DNA of 64,000 bases from Anaerolineae bacterium (GTDB lineage: Bacteria > Chloroflexota > Anaerolineae > UBA4142): the NCBI GenBank assembly GCA_034433515.1, contig DAOUAL010000004.1, positions 48,697 to 112,696 of the forward strand, in the 5' to 3' direction. A program made the translations under genes and the position numbers. Under the pieces are notes generated by a model, which worked only from the letters and a program-made list of their open reading frames with translations, was not told where the DNA came from and did not search any database. This document shows positions 17,916-27,918 of this stretch, piece by piece (positions within the stretch are counted from its first letter, which is position 1; each line of letters starts with the position of its first letter).

Positions 17916-19088
17916 ATGACCTATCTCGCTCGCGCCCACGCGCTCAAAGATAAACTCATCGCTTTGCGCCGCGATTTTCATCGTCATCCCGAACTAGGTT
18001 TTCAGGAATTTCGCACCGCGCAAACAATCGTTGAGGAATTACACAAACTTGGAATCGAATGTGAGACCGGCATCGCCAAAACCGGGGTGGTGGCGTATCT
18101 GGGTGAAGGCACGCCCCGCTTTGCCTTGCGCGCCGATATGGATGCGTTGCCGATTCAAGAGGCGAACGAGGTCGAGTACAAATCCCAACAGCCGGGTGTG
18201 ATGCACGCTTGCGGACACGATGCGCATGTGGCGTGTTTGCTGGGCGCGGCGAGGTTACTCAACGAGGATTTCAAAGCCGGCAAACTCAACGGATCGGTCA
18301 AGTTGCTGTTCCAACCCAACGAGGAAAATTCCGGCACGGCCGGTCCCAGCGGCGGACAATTGATGGTGGAAGCCGGCGTGCTCAACGATGTGGACGCCGT
18401 CGTAGGTTTGCATGTGATCAGTTCGGCTCCGAGCGGTCATGTCTTTGTGCGCCCGGGCGCGTTTATGGCGGCGGTAGATACTTTTGAAGGCACCGTGATT
18501 GGGGTGGGCGGGCACGGCGCATATCCGCACGAAGCCCTCGATCCGATTTGGCTAGCCGCGCAAGTGATCAACGCAATTCACGGTATTGTTTCGCGGCGCC
18601 TTGATCCACTCAAACAAGGCGTGATTACCGTAACGATGATTCACGCTGGCACTGCCACGAATATCATTCCCGATGCGGTGCAACTCACAGGCACGATTCG
18701 CAGTTTCGAAGAAACGGTGCGGCAAGAATTGCACACCGATTTGGAGAAGGCATTTTCGATTGCGCGGACAATGGGAGGCGAGTACAACTTGCGCATCATT
18801 CCCGGCTACCCAGCCACCGTGAACGATCCCCAGATGGCAGAGTGTGTCCGCACGATAGCCACCGACTTGGTCGGTGCCGAGCGCGTCCACGAAGCCGGTA
18901 TGCAAATGGGTGCGGAAGATTTTAGTTTTATGGCGCGCGTTAAACCGGCAACCTTTTTTAACTTGGGTGCCAAAAAAGATAATGTGCATCGTCCCCATCA
19001 TAACGCCCTATTCGATATTGACGAAAACGTTCTGCCTACCGGCGCGGCTTTGCTTGCCGAAGTAGCACGCCGTTATCTCATGCAATAA
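17916..19088 (+). CDS. M20D-family amidohydrolase
   Basis: RADMDALP, HACGHDAH, FQPNEE, GGHGA.PH, GAEDF and HH..F motifs. Confidence 0.92.
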   Translation: MTYLARAHALKDKLIALRRDFHRHPELGFQEFRTAQTIVEELHKLGIECETGIAKTGVVAYLGEGTPRFALRADMDALPIQEANEVEYKSQQPGVMHACGHDAHVACLLGAARLLNEDFKAGKLNGSVKLLFQPNEENSGTAGPSGGQLMVEAGVLNDVDAVVGLHVISSAPSGHVFVRPGAFMAAVDTFEGTVIGVGGHGAYPHEALDPIWLAAQVINAIHGIVSRRLDPLKQGVITVTMIHAGTATNIIPDAVQLTGTIRSFEETVRQELHTDLEKAFSIARTMGGEYNLRIIPGYPATVNDPQMAECVRTIATDLVGAERVHEAGMQMGAEDFSFMARVKPATFFNLGAKKDNVHRPHHNALFDIDENVLPTGAALLAEVARRYLMQ

Positions 19089-19130
19089 AAAAGGCGGGCA
19101 TTTTGCCCGCCTTAAGATCTTTTTTTGCGG
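19089..19130 (+). terminator. Intrinsic terminator
   Basis: AAGGCGGGCA-TTT-TGCCCGCCTT stem with a downstream T-run. Confidence 0.6.
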
Positions 19131-19212
19131 TGGTGAGATTTGGGGGATGCCCAATTTCCTTTTTCACCTTAGCGCACCATTCACTTGATACCGATTCGAA
19201 ATCCAATCCCCT

Positions 19213-19241
19213 TTGAAAACCTTGGCACTGTAGTGTATAAT
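19213..19241 (+). promoter_or_regulatory. sigma70 promoter
   Basis: TTGAAA, 17 bp, TATAAT. Confidence 0.7.
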
Positions 19242-19288
19242 CCGTGTGGTCAAACTCTGCCAATCCGCGTGATTTTTAGGAGGAGACG

Positions 19289-22200
19289 GTGCCGTCCAAA
19301 CTATCGCTCCATCTCAGTTCGTACCCCAATCGTACGTTTGAAATCCTCGGCAAGATGAAACCCAGCGTGGTCAAGGTGTTCAACCAATCGAGCGAGATCA
19401 ATATTGGCGCGATTATGGGCACCTCGCCCAAGACGATTATTGTCTATCGTCAATACACCAATCTCGATTATCGAACGACCACGGCGGATCAATACTTTGC
19501 CGAATTGCAAGACACGTTCAACAAACTTGCCGGGCGCGGCTTGTTGTGGGAGGGCATCAACGAACCGATTGTCAGTTCGGTTGAAGATGCCAAAGCGTTG
19601 AATAAATGGTGGGTGCGCTTTGCACAAATTATGCACGAACGCGGCGAAAAGGTGGCAGGGTTTTCGTGGTCCACCGGCAATCCCACGCCCGACAAATTGA
19701 TGCAAATCATTCCGTATATCACTGAAGCCGCCGCCGCAATGGACGCGCACGCCTTTCACGAGTACTATACCACGTGGGGCAAAGAAGCCGATTGGGGCAG
19801 GTATCGTGTGTTTGAGCAAGCCCTGCCGGCGCACGCGCGCAAGCCGGTCGTCATCACCGAAGCCGGCTTGGACGATAATGGTGATCCCAAGACCGGCGGA
19901 TGGAAAGGCAAGATCTCCGCGCAAGAGTATCTCAACATTCTCAAAAAATACGATGCGTTACTGATGCAAGACCCCTACGTCTTGGGTGCAACGGTGTATC
20001 AATGGGGCGATGGCAATTGGCCCTCCTTCGAACTCGATTCGATAATTGACTTGGTTGCCAACTATGTGGCGGCGGCGGGACAAGGCGTGGTCATCCCCTC
20101 GCCCTGGCCCCTCCCCTCGTTTGGTCCCGTTTTCAACGCGATGCCTTCTACCATCTCGCTCGGCGATTCCGCCACGCTCTCGTGGCAAGTCAATGATGCC
20201 GACGCAACTGTCTATCTCGATGGACAAAGGGTGGCGGCACAAGACACGCGTGTGGTTACGCCAACCGAGACCACTACGTACACCCTCAAAATTGTTTTTG
20301 CGGATAACACTGAACAAGAGTTGACTGCAACCGTAACTGTAACAGCGGTCAACGCGATTCGTATTACGAACGTAACATTCGATCCACCTTCGCTGCGCGT
20401 GGGCGAGTTGTTGAATGTGAGCATCACGGTGCGCAACGATACCACCGAAACGTTGCAAACGCAGGGACCCGATCCCGGCTTTATCTATGATGAAGGCGAT
20501 ACCTTCCAATCACGCGGCTTTCCTTCGATTGCCGGCGCGGTGCGCGTGGGCGTGGATTTTGGCGACAGAAGCGGCATTGATCATCCCTATCGTTGGGGAC
20601 TGGGTGCGCCGCTGGCACCGGGACAAAGCACCACCATCACCGGCGCGATTCGGATGAAGACAGTTCAGGACACGAATTATTGGGTCGGCTTGGCGCGTGA
20701 GTTGGTCGTGTGGGTGCAAGATCACAAAGGCGATCAAACGATCACGGTAACGGCGGGCGGCCAAGTGCAAATTACGAATGTGCAATTCACGCCAACTACG
20801 CTTCGCTCTGGCGAGTTGCTGAACGTCAGTATCACCGTACGCAACGATACAGCGGAAACGATTCAAACCCAAGGACCCGATCCCGGCTTTGTCTATGACG
20901 AAGGGGATACGTTCGATAGTCGCGGTTTTGGTTCGATGACGAATGCGTTTCGCGTGGGAATTGATTTCGATGGCCGCGCCGGGATTGATCATCCCTATCG
21001 TTGGGGCTTGGGCGCGCCGCTCGCGCCGGGCCAATCGGCAACCATCACCGGCGCGATTCGGCTCAAGACGGTTCGCTCGATCAATTACTGGGTGGGCTTG
21101 GTGCGCGAACATATCGCGTGGCTTCAAGATCGGCAAGGTGTGCAGAATATCACGGTAACCGCCGCGCCGAGTGGAATCGTTGAACTTACGAACGTGCAAT
21201 TCACGCCCACCACGTTGCGCGCCGGCGAATTGTTGAACGTGAGCATCACGGTACGTAACGGCACCAATGAGACTTTGCCAACTCAAGGACCTGACCCCGG
21301 CTTTGTGTACGAAGAAGGCGATGATTTTCGCAGCCGCGGTTTTGGCGAAGTCAAAAATGCATTCCGCGTGGGAATTGATTTCGACGGACGCTCTGGAGTT
21401 GACCATCCGTATCGCTGGGGCTTGGGCGCGCCGCTCGCGCCGGGACAAACAGCCACCATCACCGGTTCGATTCGATTAAAAACCGCGCGGACTGCCAACT
21501 ATTGGGTCGGCTTGGTGCGCGAGCAGGTGGCGTGGTTGCAAGACAAGAAAGGCGGGCAAGCGATCACGGTAACGCCGGCGGGCGTACCACAAATCACTTC
21601 GGTGACCTTTACCCCGCTTTCGGTTCCCTCCGGCAACGTGTTGAACGTGAGCATCACGGTCAAGAATGAATCCGCCGATACCTTGCCCACGCAAGGACCC
21701 GACCCAGGATTTGTGTACGAAGAAGGCGATACGTTCCGCAGTCGTGGCTTTACCGAAATGCGCGGCGCGTTCCGGGTGGGCATTGATTTTGATGGACGCA
21801 CCGGGATTGATCATCCCTATCGCTGGGGCTTGGGTGCGCCGCTCGCGCCGGGGCAATCGGCAACGATCACCGGCTCGATCCGGCTCAAGACGCAACGCAC
21901 AGTCAAGTATTGGGCGGGCTTGGTGCGCGAGCAAATCGTTTGGATGCAAGATAAATTGGGTACGCAATCCATCGTCGTTACGCCGCCCGTGGCACCGCCT
22001 CCACCACCCACGCCCACGCTAGAGGTTTCACCAACGACGATCACCGCTGGACAATCGGCAACTGTAACGTGGAACGCGCCAAGCGCAACCTCGGTTTCAC
22101 TCAACGGTCAGCCAGTCAGCATCCAAGGGACACTCACCGTTTCGCCCACGCAAAACACCACGTACACCTTGAACATCGTTTATGCCGATGGCAGTACGCG

Positions 22201-24136
22201 CACATTAACCGTGAACCTCACGGTCAATCCCGCGCCCACGATTTCGTTCACCGCCACACCCAGCACGATTGCGCCCGGCGGCTCGTCCACCTTGCAATGG
22301 AGTGCGCCCGGCAATAGTATGGTTACGTTGGATGGCGTGACTGTGTTGGCTTCTGGCTCGCGCGTGGTAACGCCGGCACAAACGACGACATACACTCTGC
22401 ACGTGGTTTTGGCAGACGGCACGGTGCGTACGTTGACGGCAACGGTAACCGTCTCGACGCAACCCCAGCCCACCAAACCGCCAACCGTCCCCATCACGCC
22501 GGAGAATGTTGCCTTGCTCAAAACGTTCCCGCGCCCGGCAAACGATAATGGTCGCGGCTTGCATTTCAACATTGACTTGCGCGACTCGACAATTGCGATT
22601 GTGGTGCCGCATCTCTTGTCCATCAATTGCAAATGGACGATGATCTATGCGCAAGATGAACAGCAAGCCAAACGTGCGGCAAAAGCATGTTGGGATGCCG
22701 GCATTATGCCGATTGTGCGCATTGGCAAAAAAGTGGACGAAGCGTTTGATCCCATCGCCTATGTCAATGTACTCAAGCAAATTGGCGCGCCGCCGTACGT
22801 GCAAATCTACAACGAACCTGGCGACATTCGTGAATGGAAAAATTGGCCCGGTAACGATAATTGGATCGGCATCTATGCGCCGCGCTGGGCGCAGATGGCA
22901 GCCACGGTGTTCGATGCGGGCGGGTACCCCGGCTTGCAAATTCTAGGCAAAGAAGAATTCGATGCCGTGGTGGCTGCGGTCCAAGCGATCAATCGTACCG
23001 ATATTTGGCAACGCGCCTTCTTTGCCCTGCACAACTATGGCGAGAATCATCCGCCGGCGTATCCGTACGATCCGCGCAATCAGCAGGATCACCCCGGCGC
23101 AACGATCTTGGATGATGATGTCGCCGTTCTCAACTTTTTGGCGTACGCCAAATGGATGAAAGATGGCATCGGTTTTGTGTTGCCCATCATCGGCGGCGAA
23201 GGGGGCTGGGAGTTTGGCGCGGAAGAAGACAATCGTTACCCCAAGGTCGAGCAACCCTATCACGCCACTTATCACAAAGAGATGTTCGATTGGTTCCGCA
23301 CCGGCGTGCTCTCCAACGGCGAGCCGTTGCCGGATTATCTGTTCAGCATCACGCCTTGGATTGAAGGCGGCTGGGGCACCGATGATTGGTGGGGCGGCGT
23401 GTTGGGCGACAAGACGGAAACGATTCAAGCCGTCCAATCCATTCCGCCTTTTGTTCGCAAGTTTAGTTGGGATGGCGGAACCACACCGCCACCCGTTGGC
23501 AGTGCAACGTTTACGGCGACACCGGACACGATTGATGCCGGCGGCTCGGCAACGTTGCGCTGGAGCGTTACAGGGGCATCGTCGGTAACGTTGGATGGCG
23601 AATCGGTGACAACGGAAGGGACGCGAACGGTAACGCCACCCGAAACGACAACGTACGTGCTCCACATCGTTTGGAGCGACAATACCACCCAAGACCTGAC
23701 GGCAACCGTTACCGTGCGCGCGGTACAACCGCCGCAACTCATCTGGGACCCGCGGCTCGATCCGCTGGGCGTCAAACTCACCCGCACCGACCAATCGCCG
23801 GCGTGGCGGTTGACGTCGGGACTGTATCAAAACGAGTTCGAGTCCGGCGGCAATCACAACGTTTACTTTACACTGCAAAAAACCGATGGCACGCCTGCCG
23901 CCGGTGTAACCGTCGTCGTTGATTGGGTGGGGCGCGATCCAAGTGATCGCCCCGCAGAATCCGTTACCGATGCGAACGGTCAGACCAACATCCCCATTTG
24001 GGCGATTTTGCATCCCGAATTGCAAGACGGTCCCTACTTTGCCTATGTCAAAGGATCGCCCAGTGACACGGTGAGTGGGATGGGTTTGCCGGTCAATCGG
24101 CACGTGAATTTCTTGTTGACGTTCCGATTCTCGTAG
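19289..24136 (+). CDS. 1615-aa multidomain protein: two glycoside-hydrolase-like TIM-barrel domains, four tandem ~136-aa repeats, Ig-like repeats
   Basis: Clan-A-like motifs EGINEP/AFHEY/VITEAG and IYNEP/LHNYG/IGGEGG. Four copies of QGPDPGFVY.EGD.F.SRGF...DHPYRWGLGAPLAPGQ. Several ATP.TI..G.S.TL.W Ig-like units. GTG start after AGGAGG. Confidence 0.7.
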   Translation: MPSKLSLHLSSYPNRTFEILGKMKPSVVKVFNQSSEINIGAIMGTSPKTIIVYRQYTNLDYRTTTADQYFAELQDTFNKLAGRGLLWEGINEPIVSSVEDAKALNKWWVRFAQIMHERGEKVAGFSWSTGNPTPDKLMQIIPYITEAAAAMDAHAFHEYYTTWGKEADWGRYRVFEQALPAHARKPVVITEAGLDDNGDPKTGGWKGKISAQEYLNILKKYDALLMQDPYVLGATVYQWGDGNWPSFELDSIIDLVANYVAAAGQGVVIPSPWPLPSFGPVFNAMPSTISLGDSATLSWQVNDADATVYLDGQRVAAQDTRVVTPTETTTYTLKIVFADNTEQELTATVTVTAVNAIRITNVTFDPPSLRVGELLNVSITVRNDTTETLQTQGPDPGFIYDEGDTFQSRGFPSIAGAVRVGVDFGDRSGIDHPYRWGLGAPLAPGQSTTITGAIRMKTVQDTNYWVGLARELVVWVQDHKGDQTITVTAGGQVQITNVQFTPTTLRSGELLNVSITVRNDTAETIQTQGPDPGFVYDEGDTFDSRGFGSMTNAFRVGIDFDGRAGIDHPYRWGLGAPLAPGQSATITGAIRLKTVRSINYWVGLVREHIAWLQDRQGVQNITVTAAPSGIVELTNVQFTPTTLRAGELLNVSITVRNGTNETLPTQGPDPGFVYEEGDDFRSRGFGEVKNAFRVGIDFDGRSGVDHPYRWGLGAPLAPGQTATITGSIRLKTARTANYWVGLVREQVAWLQDKKGGQAITVTPAGVPQITSVTFTPLSVPSGNVLNVSITVKNESADTLPTQGPDPGFVYEEGDTFRSRGFTEMRGAFRVGIDFDGRTGIDHPYRWGLGAPLAPGQSATITGSIRLKTQRTVKYWAGLVREQIVWMQDKLGTQSIVVTPPVAPPPPPTPTLEVSPTTITAGQSATVTWNAPSATSVSLNGQPVSIQGTLTVSPTQNTTYTLNIVYADGSTRTLTVNLTVNPAPTISFTATPSTIAPGGSSTLQWSAPGNSMVTLDGVTVLASGSRVVTPAQTTTYTLHVVLADGTVRTLTATVTVSTQPQPTKPPTVPITPENVALLKTFPRPANDNGRGLHFNIDLRDSTIAIVVPHLLSINCKWTMIYAQDEQQAKRAAKACWDAGIMPIVRIGKKVDEAFDPIAYVNVLKQIGAPPYVQIYNEPGDIREWKNWPGNDNWIGIYAPRWAQMAATVFDAGGYPGLQILGKEEFDAVVAAVQAINRTDIWQRAFFALHNYGENHPPAYPYDPRNQQDHPGATILDDDVAVLNFLAYAKWMKDGIGFVLPIIGGEGGWEFGAEEDNRYPKVEQPYHATYHKEMFDWFRTGVLSNGEPLPDYLFSITPWIEGGWGTDDWWGGVLGDKTETIQAVQSIPPFVRKFSWDGGTTPPPVGSATFTATPDTIDAGGSATLRWSVTGASSVTLDGESVTTEGTRTVTPPETTTYVLHIVWSDNTTQDLTATVTVRAVQPPQLIWDPRLDPLGVKLTRTDQSPAWRLTSGLYQNEFESGGNHNVYFTLQKTDGTPAAGVTVVVDWVGRDPSDRPAESVTDANGQTNIPIWAILHPELQDGPYFAYVKGSPSDTVSGMGLPVNRHVNFLLTFRFS
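20354..21985 (+). repeat. Four intragenic tandem repeats (~408-411 nt period)
   Basis: Near-identical segments such as GATCATCCCTATCGTTGGGG...GGCGCGCCGCTCGCGCCGGG recur four times. Boundaries approximate. Confidence 0.9.
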
Positions 24137-24145
24137 CCCACTGAG

Positions 24146-24190
24146 CGGGCGATGCGCCCCTGATCGCGTAAGGCGGTCAGGGGCGTTTCA
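24146..24190 (+). terminator. GC-rich hairpin after the large CDS
   Basis: CGCCCCTGATCGC-GTAA-GGCGGTCAGGGGCG followed by TTTC. Confidence 0.5.
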
Positions 24191-24491
24191 TTTGGAGCCA
24201 AAATTGAGACAAAGGTACTAGTCAAAGCGTCGCGCAAAATGTATTTCATTCCCAATGTTTTTGTCTCTATAGTTTGGAGGTAAAAATGATTCCGCAAGTC
24301 TATGCAATCACATCGCGTTCAACGTTTGCGGATTACAAGAACTAGTTGTGGTGATTAAGCGGAGGGCGTCAGACTCATTCTGCGGGATCTCATCTTAAAG
24401 GTCGGCGCCCCGGATGTCATGCTACCAAAAAGACGATTCCTGTGACTAGAAAATAGACCCCACCAATACGTATTTGCCAACGGAGGCGACT

Positions 24492-24812
24492 ATGATCTCC
24501 TTTCCAGATCCATCTACCATTGATTGGGCGCAGGGACACCGTTTGGAAGTTGAACGAGCGAATTTGCTCACCCGGATTTATAATTTAGAGCATATGGCGA
24601 TTCCTGCCCTGGTCCGAGAATATCAACTTCAAGTGGCATTAGGTCTTCCTGAATCCGATGTGGCGCAAGCATTGCAAGACGCCCAGGTAAATCTAGCCGA
24701 GTTAAAAAAAGAACTGCTCGATTTGGATCCCAGTCCCAAGCGTGGTGGGCGCCCTGTGCGCATTACGCCGCCACGCCCCTCCTTTGGTGTGCGTTACGCA
24801 CGGCATCGCTGA
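24492..24812 (+). CDS. Hypothetical protein (coiled-coil, basic tail)
   Basis: GGAGG RBS before ATG 24492; heptad-like LQDAQVNLAELKKELLDL; no recognised family. Confidence 0.5.
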   Translation: MISFPDPSTIDWAQGHRLEVERANLLTRIYNLEHMAIPALVREYQLQVALGLPESDVAQALQDAQVNLAELKKELLDLDPSPKRGGRPVRITPPRPSFGVRYARHR

Positions 24813-24862
24813 GGCTGACTTAACTGACGCGAAGCATTTTGCAACAATGCCTCGCGTCTTTT

Positions 24863-26362
24863 TTATCGGAGCAAATTGGGATCCACCTCACGCACGCGCA
24901 TTTCGACTTGAACCTCTAACACGCTGCCAATGTCCGGTGCCCGCACGCGAAAACGGGTCTTGCCATCACCGAGCAACGGCGCAGTCCCCGCCGGGAAATA
25001 GCGCGTGGCGATATAACCTCCGCCGGCGATTGGGCTCAAATTGGAATAGCCGGTCACACAAGGCGTATAGAAGGCACAGTGGGCAAAGTCTTCGACGCCG
25101 GTGAAACATACCTCTTCGCCATTCATGGTCAAACAGCCATTGGCTTCCAAGAATTGTTTCTTGTCCACGTTGCTGATCGGCGTGATTCTCCAAACGATGC
25201 TGGACAAGACGGTGCCGGGCGCGGTGGCAAACGCCAAGACTGCTTCTTGCTTGGATTGGATCGTTGCTGTGGATTCAGTGACCGGTTGGGCAATCCGTTC
25301 CAACGCGGCAATCTGGGGGATGGGAGATTTGGCTGTCAACAATCGGTCGAACTCGGCGGCGAGTGTTTTGATTTCGTTGCCGGTCATTTCAACAGTGGTT
25401 TCAACGTTGACATTGGACATCAGTGTATCCACCGCCGCTTCAAAATAGATTCGCGGGGGCGGATAACCGCCACGCCCGGTAAAGTACAGCGAAAAATCTT
25501 TGCGAAAGATCACCGCGGGAAAACCTAAAAAGCCATACGCGCCGCCATTACTTTCCGGATCAAGGAGGTTGTTGCGGTTGGTCGGCAAGGTCAACGCTTT
25601 AGAACCATCGCCCGCCGAACACACGCCGCCCGCGCGAAGAAACGCGCACGCCGAACATTGATAACTCGTCCCATCGGCATTTACACCGATTGAACCCAAC
25701 GCGTCGCATCCTTGCGCCGGATCAACAATGATATGCAGATGCGAAAGCATTTTGACACTTGTACGATCTTGGGCAAACGCGCCGCCAGGAATGATGTAAA
25801 AGCGAGGGTGTCCATCGGGTCCGCCGCTGGCGGTGTACCGCCCCGTAGGCAAACGATCAGCAGGGTTCACGGCATACCCGAACAAGCATTTGGTATCCAA
25901 TGAGCCACCCCAATCCGATGGCGTCATATAGTCGCGGTCTTGCAACGGATTCACATTTTCGCCGTAGCACGCTGTTGTGAAAAAAGTTGTTTTGCTCACC
26001 AATCGTGCACGCGGATTCGTTGCCAACTTGGCAAAAACATCCGGCGCGATTTTGGCGACGACCGGTTTCGCCAGCGGTGTTGAGGTGGGTGTGAGTGTTG
26101 GCGTGCTGGTTAGGGTAGATGGAATGATCGTTGGGGTAGGCGTGGGCGAAGGTGTACGCGTGTGCGTTCGAGTGGGTGATGCCGGTAAGTCGGTGGGCGC
26201 ATCCATCGCAACAAGTGTTTCCTCCGGCGCAGTTTCTGCCGGCGATTCGGCGGCTGCCGATGAAGTGGCAGTGAACCACACGATCAGAGGGATGACCACA
26301 AAATATAGGCAGACGACGCCCAGAATCAAATCGAGCAGAATCATCCATTGAATTCGTGTCAT
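24863..26362 (-). CDS. Hypothetical membrane-anchored protein with Pro/Thr linker and Cys-rich extracellular domain
   Basis: N-terminal TM helix, TPSPTPTPT linker and about 10 Cys in the distal region. Confidence 0.65.
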   Translation of the reverse strand: MTRIQWMILLDLILGVVCLYFVVIPLIVWFTATSSAAAESPAETAPEETLVAMDAPTDLPASPTRTHTRTPSPTPTPTIIPSTLTSTPTLTPTSTPLAKPVVAKIAPDVFAKLATNPRARLVSKTTFFTTACYGENVNPLQDRDYMTPSDWGGSLDTKCLFGYAVNPADRLPTGRYTASGGPDGHPRFYIIPGGAFAQDRTSVKMLSHLHIIVDPAQGCDALGSIGVNADGTSYQCSACAFLRAGGVCSAGDGSKALTLPTNRNNLLDPESNGGAYGFLGFPAVIFRKDFSLYFTGRGGYPPPRIYFEAAVDTLMSNVNVETTVEMTGNEIKTLAAEFDRLLTAKSPIPQIAALERIAQPVTESTATIQSKQEAVLAFATAPGTVLSSIVWRITPISNVDKKQFLEANGCLTMNGEEVCFTGVEDFAHCAFYTPCVTGYSNLSPIAGGGYIATRYFPAGTAPLLGDGKTRFRVRAPDIGSVLEVQVEMRVREVDPNLLR

Positions 26363-26425
26363 TGAAGGTTGCCATCCACCGTGCTGAAGATGGATGCATT
26401 ATATCTTGATTGATGCAGAAAAACA

Positions 26426-26462
26426 ACAACCCGGCTTCCGGTCAAGCGGAAAACCGGGTTGC
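26426..26462 (-). terminator. Hairpin terminator after the adaptor gene
   Basis: AACCCGG..TTCCG-GTCAAG-CGGAA..CCGGGTT stem, with a T-rich tract downstream on the minus strand. Confidence 0.5.
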
Positions 26463-26479
26463 GATTTCGATGGCTGGGA

Positions 26480-27601
26480 TTATTTGCTGATCGTAACTTT
26501 CGCGGTCATATTCCAACGCAAGCGTGCGTCTTGTTGATCGAGGGTGATGACCAAGGTATAAACAATATCTCCTTGCCGATTATCGCCATAGCCCTTGATG
26601 CTGGCAACCTTGCCGTTCAATTCCAAATCCGGAATCGCGTCAAACGATACTTTGACTGCATCGCCTTCTTTGACGTTGACCACATTGATTTCGGTGAGAT
26701 CCGTGGTCTCGATTTGCATCGTTCCAAGATCGGCGAGGCGCGCCACCGGTGTACCCGCAATCACGGATTCGCCGGGTTTGATATCCAACGAAGCAATCGT
26801 TCCATCGAACGGCGCAACCAATTTGGCGCGTGCCAATTGTTCCGCCGCCAGATCGCGCGTGGCTTGCGCCGCTTTGACATTCGCTTCTGCTGCCGCCAGG
26901 TCTTCGGCAGTCGGCGTCAACTTTGCCAATTGACTCTTGGCGGTTTGGACGGCGGCAAGCGCTTGCTGAACCTGCGCTTCGGGTGGATTGACTTTGTTGT
27001 TGTACGCGGCTTGGGCTTTTTGATAATCGAGCCAAGCATTCTGCAATTGCAAACGTTGGGGCAACATCCCGGCATTCGGATTGCTATCGCCGCCCACCGC
27101 ATCATACGCCGTTTGTGCTTGCTGGAGCACGGCTTGCGTTTTTTCCAAATCGGCTTTGAGCGCGGCAAGTTCGTTGGGATCCGGCTTGAGCAATTTGTCG
27201 TACGCGGTCTGCGCGGCTTTCAAGTTTTGTTGCGCTGCTGCAAGTTCTTCCGCTGTCGGACCACGCTTGAGTTGATTCAACCGGGCTTGCGCCGAAGTCA
27301 GATTGGCTTCCGCTTGAGCAAGTTGCAATTCCAATTGCTTGGAATCGAGTTGCGCAATCACTTGACCGGCTTTGACTTGCGCACCAACGGCAACCGGCAC
27401 TTGGGCGACGACGCCCGCCACTTGAAAAGCGAGCGTGGCAGAGCGCGCCGGCACCACTTTGCCTTCCGCCACCACACGACTACTCGACTTGATGGCACTC
27501 ACCGTGGGTTGGGGTTTCGGAGTGGGGGTAGGCGTGCTGGTACACGCGAGCGTACCAACAGCGAGCAACCCAAGGACAACGAGCAGAATCAGTTTTTTCA
27601 T
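26480..27601 (-). CDS. Efflux periplasmic adaptor (HlyD/MFP family) lipoprotein
   Basis: Lipobox TLAC, VAEGKVVP, lipoyl half-motifs VAVGAQVKAGQVIA and LVAPFDGTIA, long alpha hairpin and LRWNMTAKV. Confidence 0.9.
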   Translation of the reverse strand: MKKLILLVVLGLLAVGTLACTSTPTPTPKPQPTVSAIKSSSRVVAEGKVVPARSATLAFQVAGVVAQVPVAVGAQVKAGQVIAQLDSKQLELQLAQAEANLTSAQARLNQLKRGPTAEELAAAQQNLKAAQTAYDKLLKPDPNELAALKADLEKTQAVLQQAQTAYDAVGGDSNPNAGMLPQRLQLQNAWLDYQKAQAAYNNKVNPPEAQVQQALAAVQTAKSQLAKLTPTAEDLAAAEANVKAAQATRDLAAEQLARAKLVAPFDGTIASLDIKPGESVIAGTPVARLADLGTMQIETTDLTEINVVNVKEGDAVKVSFDAIPDLELNGKVASIKGYGDNRQGDIVYTLVITLDQQDARLRWNMTAKVTISK

Positions 27602-27687
27602 TGTTACTCCTAACGAACACGGATGGGGTGATCAGTGTTCAGCCAAATATTTTACGCGCGAGGTGCAATTTGCCGTGTTGGCACAAA

Positions 27688-27716
27688 ACTATACTACGAG
27701 TTACTAGATTTGTCAA
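27688..27716 (-). promoter_or_regulatory. sigma70 promoter for the efflux adaptor
   Basis: Minus strand TTGACA, 17 bp, TATAGT. Confidence 0.75.
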
Positions 27717-27721
27717 AAAGG

Positions 27722-27918
27722 CAGGGCTGTTGCCAAGTCGGATCGGGCGAATGAATTCGCAACAGAACCCCAAGCCCGCCTACGCGGGCTAATCCAGCCG
27801 CCGCAGGGCGGCTTCGGGTAGGGGGCGCAAGAGTGTACAGACGGGTCGCCGATTCGTCTCTATCACTTGCGCTTGCAGTGGTTTGAACCGCCTGTCAAGG
27901 GACTTGGCAACAGCCCTG
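27722..27918 (-). mobile_element. MITE family A, copy 2 (197 bp)
   Basis: Perfect 18-bp TIRs CAGGGCTGTTGCCAAGTC. Aligns with 1638-1791 in reverse and carries an extra hairpin insert. Imperfect flank duplication TCAAAAA(GG/TA). Confidence 0.88.

Noticed and set aside
19089-19114. Same hairpin core (AAGGCGGG..TTGCCCGCCTT) here and at 54586-54609
   Set aside because: Two short terminator-like stems are too little evidence for a repeat family.
24290-24470. Riboswitch in the intergenic region before the 106-aa ORF
   Set aside because: Only a weak stem (TCCGCAA/TTGCGGA) and no recognisable aptamer consensus.
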